From a virus (taxonomy: Duplodnaviria > Caudoviricetes): 64,000 nt of DNA. Numbering within the stretch: the first letter of the stretch is position 1; the number at the start of each line of letters is the position of its first letter. The stretch lies in IMG/VR virus record IMGVR_UViG_3300031418_000003; one strand, 5' to 3'. The notes beneath the pieces are model-generated. The model did no database searches. It saw only the letters and a list, made by a program, of their open reading frames with translations, and had not been told where the DNA came from. Shown piece by piece: positions 27,692 to 38,139 of the stretch. Both the position numbers and the translations under genes were made by a program.

Positions 27692-30600
27692 TTAATTATC
27701 GTAAAGCTCATTACGCGAGATAAACTTGTACGTTCCTTGCTCGGTAATGGATCCAGAAGATACCGGAATCCCCATATCCCGAATGCGGGTTAACGGGAAG
27801 CCAGCGATACTGAAGCTTTGACGACGTTCAATGGTAACAATACCAAAATCATCGGTGGTGACAATCGCAACAAGAACATGAGCGGCATTGTGATTACGCA
27901 GAATCTTGGTGACCTCATACTTAGCCACTGATCCATCCATAACACAATAAACAAAGAACTTCTGACTCCGATAGATGTCGGTAAGATCACGCAGGTCCCA
28001 GTTAGTGGCTTTGGCAATCATGTTCTGACCGTTGAAGGTGACCCCAATATCTGCGTTAATAAACAGTGACCAGTTACCTTCTACATACGTCGCGCCGTAC
28101 ATCACCAATTTATCCACACCTGAGTTTGCATCAGTCGGAACATACAGTCCTGTTCGTCCATCCCACGGCATCATCAGGTTCATCGCTGCCCCTGAGAATT
28201 CTGCTGAAACACCGGCTAACCAACCCAACTGCGGGTTAGCACACAGCTGCCAGGAGTACTCAAGGTTAAACGCCTGACCTTGTAACCACCCTACTGATGC
28301 TTCAGTGACTTGGTTGTTGCGACGTCTGAACATAATCCGAGGATCATCGGCGTTACCCGGTATCTGAATCTGTAATCCCGAGAACCAAGCGATCTCCATG
28401 TTCTGATTTCCCTCTGACTCAAAGTCAAGGATCTCAGTGTGTTGTTGACGCACCTGCAATTGGGTAATGTACTGGATAGCCCAGGTCAGATTCGAATAAA
28501 CCACATGACGACCAGTTGCGACAATATTCGCATCGTTACCGGGAGTGAGGTTAGCGTTATTGAATTGGGTACATTTGAACGGATAATTCATCCCCACCAC
28601 TTTCAATACACGAATCCCATCCGCACCGGTAGAGGCGACATCCCAGGTAAACTGACCCACGATCATCCGCATGGATGAAGGTGATCCTGTCAGGTGATAG
28701 GTTGCCGACCAGAATGAATATACCTGATCTCCGCCCGTACCCGGCTGCTGCCCAATAAAGAAGTCAACACACAGATCGATTAAACTGTTTGCGTGACTAC
28801 CCAATGCCGACATCACCATGTCGATGTAAACCGATTTCGGGATACGGACTTGTTTGGCAGGGTTAGCTTTTGCGTACAGTTTCTTGGCAACCGTATCTAA
28901 CGTGTAATCCAGATCCACATTGACCAACAGACTGCCGTCTGGTTGCATGCTATTCTGTACTACCGTTCCACTGGTCGTGGTGGTGTAGGTGAAATCATAC
29001 GGCGCACCTGGATTAAGATGAATCGCGCGACGACACCAACTGAATAGTCCCACTTGGCGACTTGAAGCATTCTTACGTTTAGGTCGGTTAGCGTAGCCGA
29101 CGTTCATTGTAAGTCCTTCTACCGACCCAAAGTTTGAGTTGGTTTTACGACCGTAAATCGGGTAAGGGATATACGAAGATTGAAGTGCATCACGTTTATC
29201 ATACCCATCTCCATCGCCACCCTCGGTTATCCGATAAAAGATTTGCTGATTCTGATTTTCATTCTCAGCAACAAAGATTTCAATCGGTGAAGATCGAACT
29301 CCCGTTGTTAATGAATAAAGATCACTGTACAGTCGTGGGAAACCCGCCACACCAAACGGAGAACGCATTTTGTAAGGTACGCGCCAATAACTGTCTAGCC
29401 CAGATCCCAATTTCCACTCATTCGGGTATGACATATATTCATAGTCGCGGGCAATATCCCCATCCCGGTTAAATTGCTTTGAGGGAATTAAATAAGGGGG
29501 CGTGCCGGTTTGCGCGGACTGCATTGCGACATAACCATATCCCGGAACCCATGAACCGTTTGTATCAACATACCCGATTGCGAAGTTATTCAGGTTTCCG
29601 GCAAGCGAATAATCTTTCTGCTGTTGGGTAAGATTATCGTATCCGCCCAGATCCATATTCAACGTTGGGACACTGAAGTTAGAGCTGAGGGTTAGCGTAT
29701 TGGTCTCAACGTTCCAGTCATACGTCGCACAGATATCGGAACCGAATGAACGCACACCGTTGGTCACCGGGTCACGGTAATCGGCAAACGGACAACTGAT
29801 CATCTTCAGACGTGCCAGTTGAGGGTTATTTGGGTTGGCAACAATGATCCAGGCTTTCTTACGGTTAATATAAGTTGCTTCAACCGGTTTGCTGTACTTT
29901 ACCGTCATTTCACTTGCCAATGACTTCTCGGCGTTAGTGAACACAAAGCGTTGCGGGATAAATGAACTTTTATTGGCACGACGTTCACGGAACAATGTAT
30001 CATAGGTCACGTTGATTTGTGTAAACGTAATACTGGTTTTACTGGTATCCAGTAGATCATTATACGGAACACGAAACATCACAGTTTGCCAGTTCTGAGA
30101 AACGAAGTGATCGCTGTAGTTGGCAGGATCGTCCCCTTTAAAAGAATCGGCAGTGGCAAAGAGATATACCCAGTTACCTACTTTAGAAATCTTAAAACAC
30201 GATGGTCGTGGTGTGACATCTGTTATGGTCCGAAGGGTCGACAGAATTGCATCCATGTTCACCGGCTTCATGGTGTGGCTGTTTGGATCGAACGTAGAGT
30301 TCGACGCACAAATCCACCAATTACCTGAACCAGTAATGGCTTTCTTCGGATCAGGTTGAACACCCACCATTAAAACATTACCGTCTGAACCGTCGATGCT
30401 AATGTTGGGCGCTTTACCGGCAGCGGTGATAGTTGGGTGTTGATACTGAACGTAAGTATTCAGCCAAGGGGTACGATTTCCATCCCGGTCAGTATAGTCA
30501 GTCTTATAAGCGTAGTACAAGTTCTTGACACGACCATCGAACGCACGGAATAAACAAACTAACCAACCATTACCTTCCAGGTTAAATGCGGAGTTCTCAG

Positions 30601-31492
30601 AATCACCCCCTAACCCTTCAAATGACCCAGTGATGGGAGGTGGGAGATAAATCCCCGAACCGTAATAACCAAACGGCAGTTCAGACTGTACCACAAAGTC
30701 TTCGGTAACTGGTTGAGTTTCTGTGATTTGACGGGTGAAGCCAGCTGGGGTAGAATATAAATCTGAACGGTCTGCTTCAGCATCCTGCTGTGGCGTTGCC
30801 AGGAAATAGTTGGAGAGTTTGTCGGCATCTACATCAGCAGGCACAGCGCCGTGTGGGTTATTATAACCACGAGCATGTCCCATGATCGCACCCCATTTCA
30901 GTTTCTGAATATAATCAAGACGGTTGTACATATCCGTCTGAACTTTTTCCAGTAACTCAACAGCACGGGCTGAATCAGAGATCTGACTATTGGTGAACAG
31001 AGTAAAGAGCTCAACCAATCCACCAAACCCGACTAACTCATTCGGGTTCTGGATATCATGGGAGTGTTGTGCCGGCCAAACACTTTTAGGTTTATCACCA
31101 ATCTGGGTGTCCCAATCAACTGGCTTACCCGTGATGATCATGTCTTCCAGCATTTGAAGTAAAGTCTTAACAGAAATAACAGGGTTACCTACTTTCTGGT
31201 AAATAACAATTACTTCCCCCTGACTCGCAAGAACATCGTCAGTAAGTTCTACATACAAGCACACACCACGACCGGTTAGTTCTGTTAAGTCAGTAACATC
31301 ACTTACTGCTTTAAATTTACTTACATCAATATCTAACCCACCTTTAAGTACCCGCAATGAGTCTTTATAGAAAGGACCTTCTTCAGGTACAATCCAAGGT
31401 GAGGAGATTTTGGATAAATCGACAGTGTCTTCTTTCTTGTATTCAGTGTTTTTACCTGAATAGTCGATGTCGATAAGTTGAATATCTTTCAT
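27692..31492 (-). CDS. Tail fibre/baseplate protein (1266 aa), paralogue of 31555-35238
   Basis: Shared N-terminal motifs (DKPKSVWPAQHSHDI; LPPPITGSFEGLGG). Confidence 0.8.
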   Translation of the reverse strand: MKDIQLIDIDYSGKNTEYKKEDTVDLSKISSPWIVPEEGPFYKDSLRVLKGGLDIDVSKFKAVSDVTDLTELTGRGVCLYVELTDDVLASQGEVIVIYQKVGNPVISVKTLLQMLEDMIITGKPVDWDTQIGDKPKSVWPAQHSHDIQNPNELVGFGGLVELFTLFTNSQISDSARAVELLEKVQTDMYNRLDYIQKLKWGAIMGHARGYNNPHGAVPADVDADKLSNYFLATPQQDAEADRSDLYSTPAGFTRQITETQPVTEDFVVQSELPFGYYGSGIYLPPPITGSFEGLGGDSENSAFNLEGNGWLVCLFRAFDGRVKNLYYAYKTDYTDRDGNRTPWLNTYVQYQHPTITAAGKAPNISIDGSDGNVLMVGVQPDPKKAITGSGNWWICASNSTFDPNSHTMKPVNMDAILSTLRTITDVTPRPSCFKISKVGNWVYLFATADSFKGDDPANYSDHFVSQNWQTVMFRVPYNDLLDTSKTSITFTQINVTYDTLFRERRANKSSFIPQRFVFTNAEKSLASEMTVKYSKPVEATYINRKKAWIIVANPNNPQLARLKMISCPFADYRDPVTNGVRSFGSDICATYDWNVETNTLTLSSNFSVPTLNMDLGGYDNLTQQQKDYSLAGNLNNFAIGYVDTNGSWVPGYGYVAMQSAQTGTPPYLIPSKQFNRDGDIARDYEYMSYPNEWKLGSGLDSYWRVPYKMRSPFGVAGFPRLYSDLYSLTTGVRSSPIEIFVAENENQNQQIFYRITEGGDGDGYDKRDALQSSYIPYPIYGRKTNSNFGSVEGLTMNVGYANRPKRKNASSRQVGLFSWCRRAIHLNPGAPYDFTYTTTTSGTVVQNSMQPDGSLLVNVDLDYTLDTVAKKLYAKANPAKQVRIPKSVYIDMVMSALGSHANSLIDLCVDFFIGQQPGTGGDQVYSFWSATYHLTGSPSSMRMIVGQFTWDVASTGADGIRVLKVVGMNYPFKCTQFNNANLTPGNDANIVATGRHVVYSNLTWAIQYITQLQVRQQHTEILDFESEGNQNMEIAWFSGLQIQIPGNADDPRIMFRRRNNQVTEASVGWLQGQAFNLEYSWQLCANPQLGWLAGVSAEFSGAAMNLMMPWDGRTGLYVPTDANSGVDKLVMYGATYVEGNWSLFINADIGVTFNGQNMIAKATNWDLRDLTDIYRSQKFFVYCVMDGSVAKYEVTKILRNHNAAHVLVAIVTTDDFGIVTIERRQSFSIAGFPLTRIRDMGIPVSSGSITEQGTYKFISRNELYDN

Positions 31493-31512
31493 CTAAACCT
31501 CGGTGAAATAAA

Positions 31513-31542
31513 TAATAGAGCGATCAAAAGATCGCTCTATTA
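31513..31542. terminator. Terminator hairpin
   Basis: TAATAGAGCGATC-AAAA-GATCGCTCTATTA, 13-bp stem. Confidence 0.8.
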
Positions 31543-31554
31543 GTTTTTTATGTT

Positions 31555-34500
31555 TTATGAAATGAAATCACTGTCCAGCAGGATAGAACTGGTATCACCG
31601 ATGTCGAACACAGAACCTGAAGATGCCAAGATAGCAGAACCTTCACGCTTGGCCGAAATCTGTGCACCATCCATAGTAAACCGGTTATACGGCTCAATAC
31701 GGTCAATCTGAGTTGGACCACAAGTAACCTTAGCAATCAGTGCCTGAGAACTGGATTCAGGTTTGATGTCACGCCCAATAACATACGTACCCTGTGCATT
31801 TGAGTATTGCAAGTAAACATAGAACACTTTATTTGCAGGACTACTATCAAGCGTCAGGATGTCGATGTACGTTGCTGGAATGTCATACATCTTACCGGCA
31901 ATCAAAACGTTACGGGCTTGCTGGAAATACACGGTGTATTGAGGAGTAAGGATATTACTCATCCCAATGACTGGATCTCCCACATATTTGTTAGCCGCAA
32001 TGTTGTCAAAGAGGTTACCACTCGGATCATAAATACTTGCACCGATAGCTGCACCCTCGAATGTCACGGTTCCCGGCGCCGCCCAACTAATTCCGTAATA
32101 CGGCATTGCGCAGGCGGTGTTATCAGTTCCCCAATCCTGAACGAAAAGATCACCCAGCTTGGTAATCTCACTACCGTCAGCTTTAATTTCCATTAAGAAA
32201 CCAGGGGGTACTGTTCCACCAAATGTGTCATAGCGGACACTTGTCGTCATTAGCACAACATATCCTGACATATCTGGAGAACCATTAACCATCCCTTTAT
32301 AAGGCATACCCAGGAAATAAGGCAATGATGCGCCGTTATTCAGATACCTAGGATGACGATAGACGCCGTTTGGTCCACGATTAGGTCGGTACTCAGTTTT
32401 AACTGGTGATTTCTGTACACAGGTCGCACTGGTATAAAGTGAGTAACCATTTACTGTTGTCGGATTTCCGGCCGGGGTCAGTGAGGTTACCATTGCTCCC
32501 ATGGTGGCATCTCTGCCAATCATTTTCCAGACGATCCAGACAGCATGCCATTCCCCTGAAGAACTCAGAGCCATATGGACAGCCCAAGATTCCCTGACTT
32601 GATCCTCGGTAAAGCCCGCTGCCGAGAAGCCCGGTACAATGACATTAGCGATTGTGCTTTTCAGATCAATCGCAATGGAGGGATCCACCGACATGACGCC
32701 ATCAGAAGTCTTGATCGATACCTCATACGGCATGATGTAGTCACCTAAGAACTTTCCTGGTCCATTGGGTTCCCCGTTGGGTGAAGCTCCAGTGATGGTG
32801 GTATCAGATGTTGCCCCCAAGAACTTCTTCTGATTGCCCGCGTTATTTCTTCCGGGAATAGGCATTTGGGTTCCGGGATAAACCTGGAAACCTAATTTAC
32901 ACTTCAGCCCAGCAGGGGTAAAGGGATAGTGCTTCCAACTTCTTCCCTGGAATACCGTTGAGTTACCCGGTGGAACATGATCCCAATTACTGTTCATATA
33001 AGCAACAGGCCGGAAGAACCAACTGGACTCTAATCCCTCAAACTGTCTTACCAAGATTCCTGCTTTGGTGTAGTCGTCGTTATCGGAAGACAACAACCGC
33101 TGAATTGCAAACTGACTGGTCATCCCAATCGGGTTCTTCTCAGTAAACGTTTTCTGATTATAAATCATAGAAAAGTTACTTTCATTATTAGGCGGAAGTA
33201 ACAATGACTTGTAATCGTTGAGAAACGTTGCTTTACCCACACCATAAGCTGGCGGAAATGCTACACCTGCCGTACCCTGAGCAAACTGGACGTATCCGCC
33301 GGTTAACACTGCATTACCTGTCTGGTCCATTCCCTGCGCAGCCACGAAATTAGTAACAACATTCTTAATATAAGAATCCCATTCCTTGGTACCTGTGCTA
33401 TTGATATCAATGGTATATAGTTTGTCAGATCCTGGAGCAGGCGCCACAGTAACAATGAAGTCATTTCCGTTTCTGACAATTTTTAATGTTGCCCTGAACA
33501 CGCACTGATGTTGAACATTACCGGTGGATGACTGAGAACGTCCAATATGTTCATACCGGAAAGAATACTCACCAAAGTTACCATTGTTCAGCCAATATGC
33601 AAAGATAGAACGGAAATTAAGAACATTGACAATCGGTGGGTTGTAAATGGCGTAAGCGGATGTGGTAACAAATTCGCCATTAATTTGCTCAACCTTAGGT
33701 AACCAAGGTGCCCAGTATTTGTCTTTATAATTACCCCAGATAGGGTGGTTATAATCGACGGTAGAGCGTTTAATGGTTCCCGACTTACTGGCGACAATGT
33801 TAAAACTACAGCCCGCATTGATAATCGATCCATCGCCATAGACTTTTCCACCCAGCGTAGCGTAATCAGGATACTGGCTAGGGCGACGCTTAATAAATTC
33901 CTGAACAATGTACGGTTGTACGATACACCAGTAATCACCGTAGTTCTCATCAGCCAATATAGTGGCCAAACTGGAACTCTCATATACATCGCTGATTGTA
34001 TACGGGGCAGCCATATCTTCACTGACCCACTCACCGGATAATGGGATCAGTTTGTGACGATCTGGGTTAAAGGTTCCGTGTGTCTCACACCACCACCAAA
34101 GATTCTTCGTACGGTCGCCTATCACCATGACATAACGGTTAGACCCGTTGATGATGGTGTCAAGGGTAGCACCCGCTGCTGTAGCGGTTGGGTGCTGATA
34201 CATGTACGAGGTGAAGTCGTAGTTAGGATCAGTCTGTTGCCAGTTAGTACAACGAATAAAATACAAGCCGCGATACTTACCGTTATTACGGTGAGTCATC
34301 ACCAACAAGGTACCATCGGTTTCTACCACTGCCCCACTGCGGCGACTGGTCCCACCTAACCCTTCAAAACTACCAGCAATGGTCGGGGGAATAAAGGTAT
34401 CCGAACCGTAACGCAGAATCGGCAATGAACCAGAAGGGAACAATTTATCATTACGTCCTGAGGAAGCCTCAGCCGCTTTTGCAGCGTTGTAAACAGTAAT

Positions 34501-35238
34501 GCGTAAATCGTCACGGGTTCCTTCTAATGTCTCTTCCAGGGTTGCTACACGCACGTTGGCAACATTACCCAGACCGATATCACTCTTATTAACACCGTGA
34601 GCGTCTTGCTTGTTAGCGATATGACTATTCAGTAGCTTAGTCAAGACTTGTTTATAGCCGTTGATATAGACTTCCAGGTGATCTTGGAAACTCTCCAACA
34701 TAAAGTCAGTTGCCGAGCTGGTCGATGCCACATAGGTTGCAATACGATTCAGTTCACGAACCAGGTCAGTGAACCCGAAGATATCGTACGCCAGATCTTG
34801 CTGATGGATCTCAGGAATAAACCACAACGGTTTGTTATCGATATTACCCCACATTACAAAACGGTCATCCTGGTAGATGCTCTGCAGCATGTTCAGGATT
34901 TCATTTGTAATGGCATTGAAGTTACCGACAACCTGATAATCCATCTTCCATTCGAGAATGGAATCATTCAGGATGCGAACAAAAAGACCCACGGGCTTGC
35001 CGGTATATTGAGTGAGTTTACCCATGATACCGTAGAACTCGTAGTCAGTGCCTTCCACCAGTAACTTGCCTGCTTTATCATACATCTTAAAAGACTTCTG
35101 ATAGAACGGGGATTTGGGTGGAATGAAGATCTGATTGTTCTTGATGTCGGTGCGGGATTTAGATTCTTGTAACACCAGGTTGAATTTTGAGTTCCCGGTG
35201 AGATCAAGTTTATATAAAGGAATATCTTCTTTGATCAT
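31555..35238 (-). CDS. Tail fibre/baseplate protein (1227 aa)
   Basis: HGVNKSDIGLGNVAN motif; IPPTIAGSFEGLGG shared with the 1266-aa paralogue. Confidence 0.8.
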   Translation of the reverse strand: MIKEDIPLYKLDLTGNSKFNLVLQESKSRTDIKNNQIFIPPKSPFYQKSFKMYDKAGKLLVEGTDYEFYGIMGKLTQYTGKPVGLFVRILNDSILEWKMDYQVVGNFNAITNEILNMLQSIYQDDRFVMWGNIDNKPLWFIPEIHQQDLAYDIFGFTDLVRELNRIATYVASTSSATDFMLESFQDHLEVYINGYKQVLTKLLNSHIANKQDAHGVNKSDIGLGNVANVRVATLEETLEGTRDDLRITVYNAAKAAEASSGRNDKLFPSGSLPILRYGSDTFIPPTIAGSFEGLGGTSRRSGAVVETDGTLLVMTHRNNGKYRGLYFIRCTNWQQTDPNYDFTSYMYQHPTATAAGATLDTIINGSNRYVMVIGDRTKNLWWWCETHGTFNPDRHKLIPLSGEWVSEDMAAPYTISDVYESSSLATILADENYGDYWCIVQPYIVQEFIKRRPSQYPDYATLGGKVYGDGSIINAGCSFNIVASKSGTIKRSTVDYNHPIWGNYKDKYWAPWLPKVEQINGEFVTTSAYAIYNPPIVNVLNFRSIFAYWLNNGNFGEYSFRYEHIGRSQSSTGNVQHQCVFRATLKIVRNGNDFIVTVAPAPGSDKLYTIDINSTGTKEWDSYIKNVVTNFVAAQGMDQTGNAVLTGGYVQFAQGTAGVAFPPAYGVGKATFLNDYKSLLLPPNNESNFSMIYNQKTFTEKNPIGMTSQFAIQRLLSSDNDDYTKAGILVRQFEGLESSWFFRPVAYMNSNWDHVPPGNSTVFQGRSWKHYPFTPAGLKCKLGFQVYPGTQMPIPGRNNAGNQKKFLGATSDTTITGASPNGEPNGPGKFLGDYIMPYEVSIKTSDGVMSVDPSIAIDLKSTIANVIVPGFSAAGFTEDQVRESWAVHMALSSSGEWHAVWIVWKMIGRDATMGAMVTSLTPAGNPTTVNGYSLYTSATCVQKSPVKTEYRPNRGPNGVYRHPRYLNNGASLPYFLGMPYKGMVNGSPDMSGYVVLMTTSVRYDTFGGTVPPGFLMEIKADGSEITKLGDLFVQDWGTDNTACAMPYYGISWAAPGTVTFEGAAIGASIYDPSGNLFDNIAANKYVGDPVIGMSNILTPQYTVYFQQARNVLIAGKMYDIPATYIDILTLDSSPANKVFYVYLQYSNAQGTYVIGRDIKPESSSQALIAKVTCGPTQIDRIEPYNRFTMDGAQISAKREGSAILASSGSVFDIGDTSSILLDSDFIS

Positions 35239-35258
35239 TGTACAAAGACCTTATAAAT

Positions 35259-35285
35259 CTTAACTGGGGAGATACCCCAGTTAAG
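35259..35285. terminator. Terminator hairpin
   Basis: CTTAACTGGGG-AGATA-CCCCAGTTAAG. Confidence 0.75.
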
Positions 35286-35292
35286 GATAAAA

Positions 35293-36054
35293 TTATTGCC
35301 ATTCACCAGTTTGGTAACTACGAATCATTGCTTTAATGAAAGCCACATTACCGAGAAGTTCAGTAGAGTTACCTTTCATGTCATCCGGATATTTCGCCAT
35401 TGCCCAATCACCCAGGTTGTTGACACCCAACATTGAGAGATCGGCTTTGTGTGCATCCTGAAGATCATCTTCCAGGTGTTTCTGGAAGCGACTCATCCAC
35501 GTTGCATCCGGGTTCTGCAACACCGCATTCATATAAGACTGCATCCAGACAATCAGGTCGCCGTAGTTCATGGTGTCTGACGCAGGATGCTGATGCGGAT
35601 CCGCAGGCCAAGTTAGCGGCAGGTTAACGATGTTGTTCCAATCTGTAGTGCGTGGAGCATTCAGCTGATTAGCCACTGCTTCGGCATACGCCAGATCACT
35701 CAGCACAAAGTCACCACCAATGGTGTCGTACTCAATGATGAAATCGGTTGGCGTACTGACACCTTTAACCTGAACCGCACCCCACGCTAAACGATTGTAT
35801 CGCTCGTTAAATGCACCAAAGGGATAAAGGAAAGTATAATCGCCAGCTTCGAAAGATAAGGCACGACCAGACTCTTTTAATTTGATGACGAAGTTACGAC
35901 TGAAGAAAGGACCACAACGGGGAACAATAATTCCTGAGCCATTGGTATCAGCCTGTTGCTCCTCACCCGTTACTCGGTTGGCCACATTATCTTGGAACGG
36001 GTTCCAGGTATACGTGATCTTACCCAGCACAGTAAGTTTTGCATCATTTGACAT
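35293..36054 (-). CDS. Baseplate/fibre-attachment structural protein (253 aa), short paralogue of the fibre N-termini
   Basis: WNNIVNLP...PADPHQHP...YGDL motif matches the N-terminal region of the two large paralogues. Confidence 0.7.
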   Translation of the reverse strand: MSNDAKLTVLGKITYTWNPFQDNVANRVTGEEQQADTNGSGIIVPRCGPFFSRNFVIKLKESGRALSFEAGDYTFLYPFGAFNERYNRLAWGAVQVKGVSTPTDFIIEYDTIGGDFVLSDLAYAEAVANQLNAPRTTDWNNIVNLPLTWPADPHQHPASDTMNYGDLIVWMQSYMNAVLQNPDATWMSRFQKHLEDDLQDAHKADLSMLGVNNLGDWAMAKYPDDMKGNSTELLGNVAFIKAMIRSYQTGEWQ

Positions 36055-36090
36055 TCACTATGTTCCTCTGAAAAAAGGGTTTTTTAACGC

Positions 36091-37314
36091 ATGTACACTT
36101 ATAAATATTCGGTGGGGCGATATAAAAACTATAGACCGGGATACCACATTGTGGACATCTCGGAATACAGTGTTGCAGATCTAGAGAAATTGTTCGACAT
36201 TCTTTATATCGTCATTAATGATGGCTTTTATAAAGTTGACATGTCTATCGCTCTTGAAGATTATCGCTTTTCATTCGCCACCAATCCATCGATGAATATC
36301 GGGGAGTGGTTAACATCCCAAAATGGAAATAACCTTAAGTCAGCGGGAGTCTTCCCAGGTGACACGTACCAGTATGTTAAGCTGGAAAGGATATTCACTT
36401 ATGGGTATTTCCATTATCCTGCCGATTTAAATCTTGCAAATGATAGGCAGGCTGACTTACTTTCAGATGCTGCACCAGACGTCCGAATCGAACATTACAT
36501 GTACCATAATTTAGATTATGGAAAGATGAACGATTACGCGCTCTTTACAGTGAACGGCATCTTTATGCGTTCAGTTGCAAGGAGTGACGGGATATTCTTA
36601 AAAGGTGCCGGTCTGGATTACATTCAACACCGAAACGATTTACGGATTGGTGCCCTGAATTTCCAGAAGCTCGGTAAAGTAAAAACAGTTCCTATTACAG
36701 ATGACTTGCTCACAGAAGAAATCTTTGACGGCGGTAAACGTTGGTCTTGCCAGTTGGACGACATTTCAGGTAAAACTATTTATGTCGTGGTGAACGGTCA
36801 GTTCATGGTTGATCCTGGAATTGTGTATCGTGTTGCGGAGAATCGTGTGGTTATTGATTTAACCTCTTTTGATGTCGCGCACCACTATCTCAATTATAAG
36901 GAGTATACACGTACTCCAAAATTAACTGTCCTCAGTAAATTTGAAACCTATAAACGCCAGGCATTAACGGCGCACAACAGTTTCTTTGTTATTGTTGACA
37001 ATCCAAGTTTGGGAATCGATGTAACACCATTGACGACCTTCCACTATCCTAATGCCTTGCACACCACTGATCGTTTTGAGCATCCGGTCGTGTTGGACAA
37101 TGGGATGTTCCCGACTCCGTATATTAAGTCTTACGGAATCAAGCAACGTTTGTTAAACCACGACCTACGAGTCTATAAGAAATATCCTTTCATGACTGCA
37201 GGTTCACTGGGTAGTAATGTTCTGCTTAACGAAGCAGTTAATCAGGGCAATCCGGGTACGCTTTCAAAAGGATGGCACTTTAAGATTCATGGCGTTACAT
37301 TAAAGGCTTCTTAA
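36091..37314 (+). CDS. Probable virion structural protein (407 aa)
   Basis: Long inverted ORF in the tail module; call rests on context. Confidence 0.55.
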   Translation: MYTYKYSVGRYKNYRPGYHIVDISEYSVADLEKLFDILYIVINDGFYKVDMSIALEDYRFSFATNPSMNIGEWLTSQNGNNLKSAGVFPGDTYQYVKLERIFTYGYFHYPADLNLANDRQADLLSDAAPDVRIEHYMYHNLDYGKMNDYALFTVNGIFMRSVARSDGIFLKGAGLDYIQHRNDLRIGALNFQKLGKVKTVPITDDLLTEEIFDGGKRWSCQLDDISGKTIYVVVNGQFMVDPGIVYRVAENRVVIDLTSFDVAHHYLNYKEYTRTPKLTVLSKFETYKRQALTAHNSFFVIVDNPSLGIDVTPLTTFHYPNALHTTDRFEHPVVLDNGMFPTPYIKSYGIKQRLLNHDLRVYKKYPFMTAGSLGSNVLLNEAVNQGNPGTLSKGWHFKIHGVTLKAS

Positions 37315-37757
37315 TGAGTGAGAAATTAAAAGCACTTAACACAATCGGGATATGGATCATTGTCCTGGTTGTTGTGGGATATCTGTTCTTCAAACCGTCT
37401 AACGCACTGAATAAAGAAACAATGAATCAACTCACGACCGTTGTTAATAATTTATCAGTGGCATCGGAAAACATGACCAAGCTGGCTAATGCGCAGCGTG
37501 CTTGGTTTGATGACCTTAAGAGCCGTGCTCAAACGGGTGAGCTTGAAAGGAATAATAACTACGGGACTGTGTATGAAAAGTATGGCTACGGGACTAACCA
37601 AGATGCTGGGTTGTCTCTTGATGATTTTTACAATAGTCGGGTGCAGCCACAAACCAACGATCTCGGAAGCGGACACGTACGTCCAGTCGAGAACGGAAAT
37701 AGCAAAGCTGGATCTGTACAAAAGTCAGATAGCCAACCTCAAAGACAGTCTCATTGA
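37314..37757 (+). CDS. Putative i-spanin (Rz-like), N-terminal TM
   Basis: TM IGIWIIVLVVVGYLFF followed by a coiled-coil-like region; overlaps a lipoprotein gene in another frame. Confidence 0.65.
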   Translation: MSEKLKALNTIGIWIIVLVVVGYLFFKPSNALNKETMNQLTTVVNNLSVASENMTKLANAQRAWFDDLKSRAQTGELERNNNYGTVYEKYGYGTNQDAGLSLDDFYNSRVQPQTNDLGSGHVRPVENGNSKAGSVQKSDSQPQRQSH

Positions 37758-38091
37758 TATACCGTCAAACGTATACAGTAAAGACTGGAAGAAACGTGAC
37801 TCCAACGTTGGGAAATTAGATTACTACCTTTCTAACAACGATTGTCAAGCAGCTGCTGATTTCCAGGGATGTTACCGTGAGACCCGACTCCTTTTGATTA
37901 CAACCACAAAAGAGTTGGATGCGGCTAACGATAAGATTAATCTGCTTAATGAAGTCATTGATAAGATGACCGGTAATGTGTCGTCTATTATTGATAACCT
38001 CGATAATGATAAAGCACAACAGATTAGTCTCAAAGATAAAGTTGTGGGTACGGTTACGGATAACACGAAAGCCCTTTTGAATAAAAAATAA
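37573..38091 (+). CDS. Putative o-spanin (Rz1-like lipoprotein)
   Basis: Lipobox MKSMATGLTKMLGCLLMIFTIVG-C; begins inside the i-spanin gene in a different frame. Alternative start at 37603. Confidence 0.65.
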   Translation: MKSMATGLTKMLGCLLMIFTIVGCSHKPTISEADTYVQSRTEIAKLDLYKSQIANLKDSLIDIPSNVYSKDWKKRDSNVGKLDYYLSNNDCQAAADFQGCYRETRLLLITTTKELDAANDKINLLNEVIDKMTGNVSSIIDNLDNDKAQQISLKDKVVGTVTDNTKALLNKK

Positions 38092-38102
38092 AACAAACAT
38101 AT

Positions 38103-38132
38103 ACCCTACCCTCCGATCAGGAAGGGTAGGGT
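38103..38132. terminator. Bidirectional terminator between convergent genes
   Basis: ACCCTACCCT...AGGGTAGGGT inverted repeat. Confidence 0.8.
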
Positions 38133-38139
38133 GGTATGT

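Noticed and set aside
22804-35238. Diversity-generating retroelement acting on the fibres
   Set aside because: No reverse transcriptase in the window and no long template/variable repeat pair with adenine-specific mismatches; only 17-23-nt duplicates inside the LRR array.
37489-37572. Longer start for the lipoprotein ORF
   Set aside because: It would put the lipobox about 50 residues in, too far for a signal peptide; 37573 or 37603 fit.
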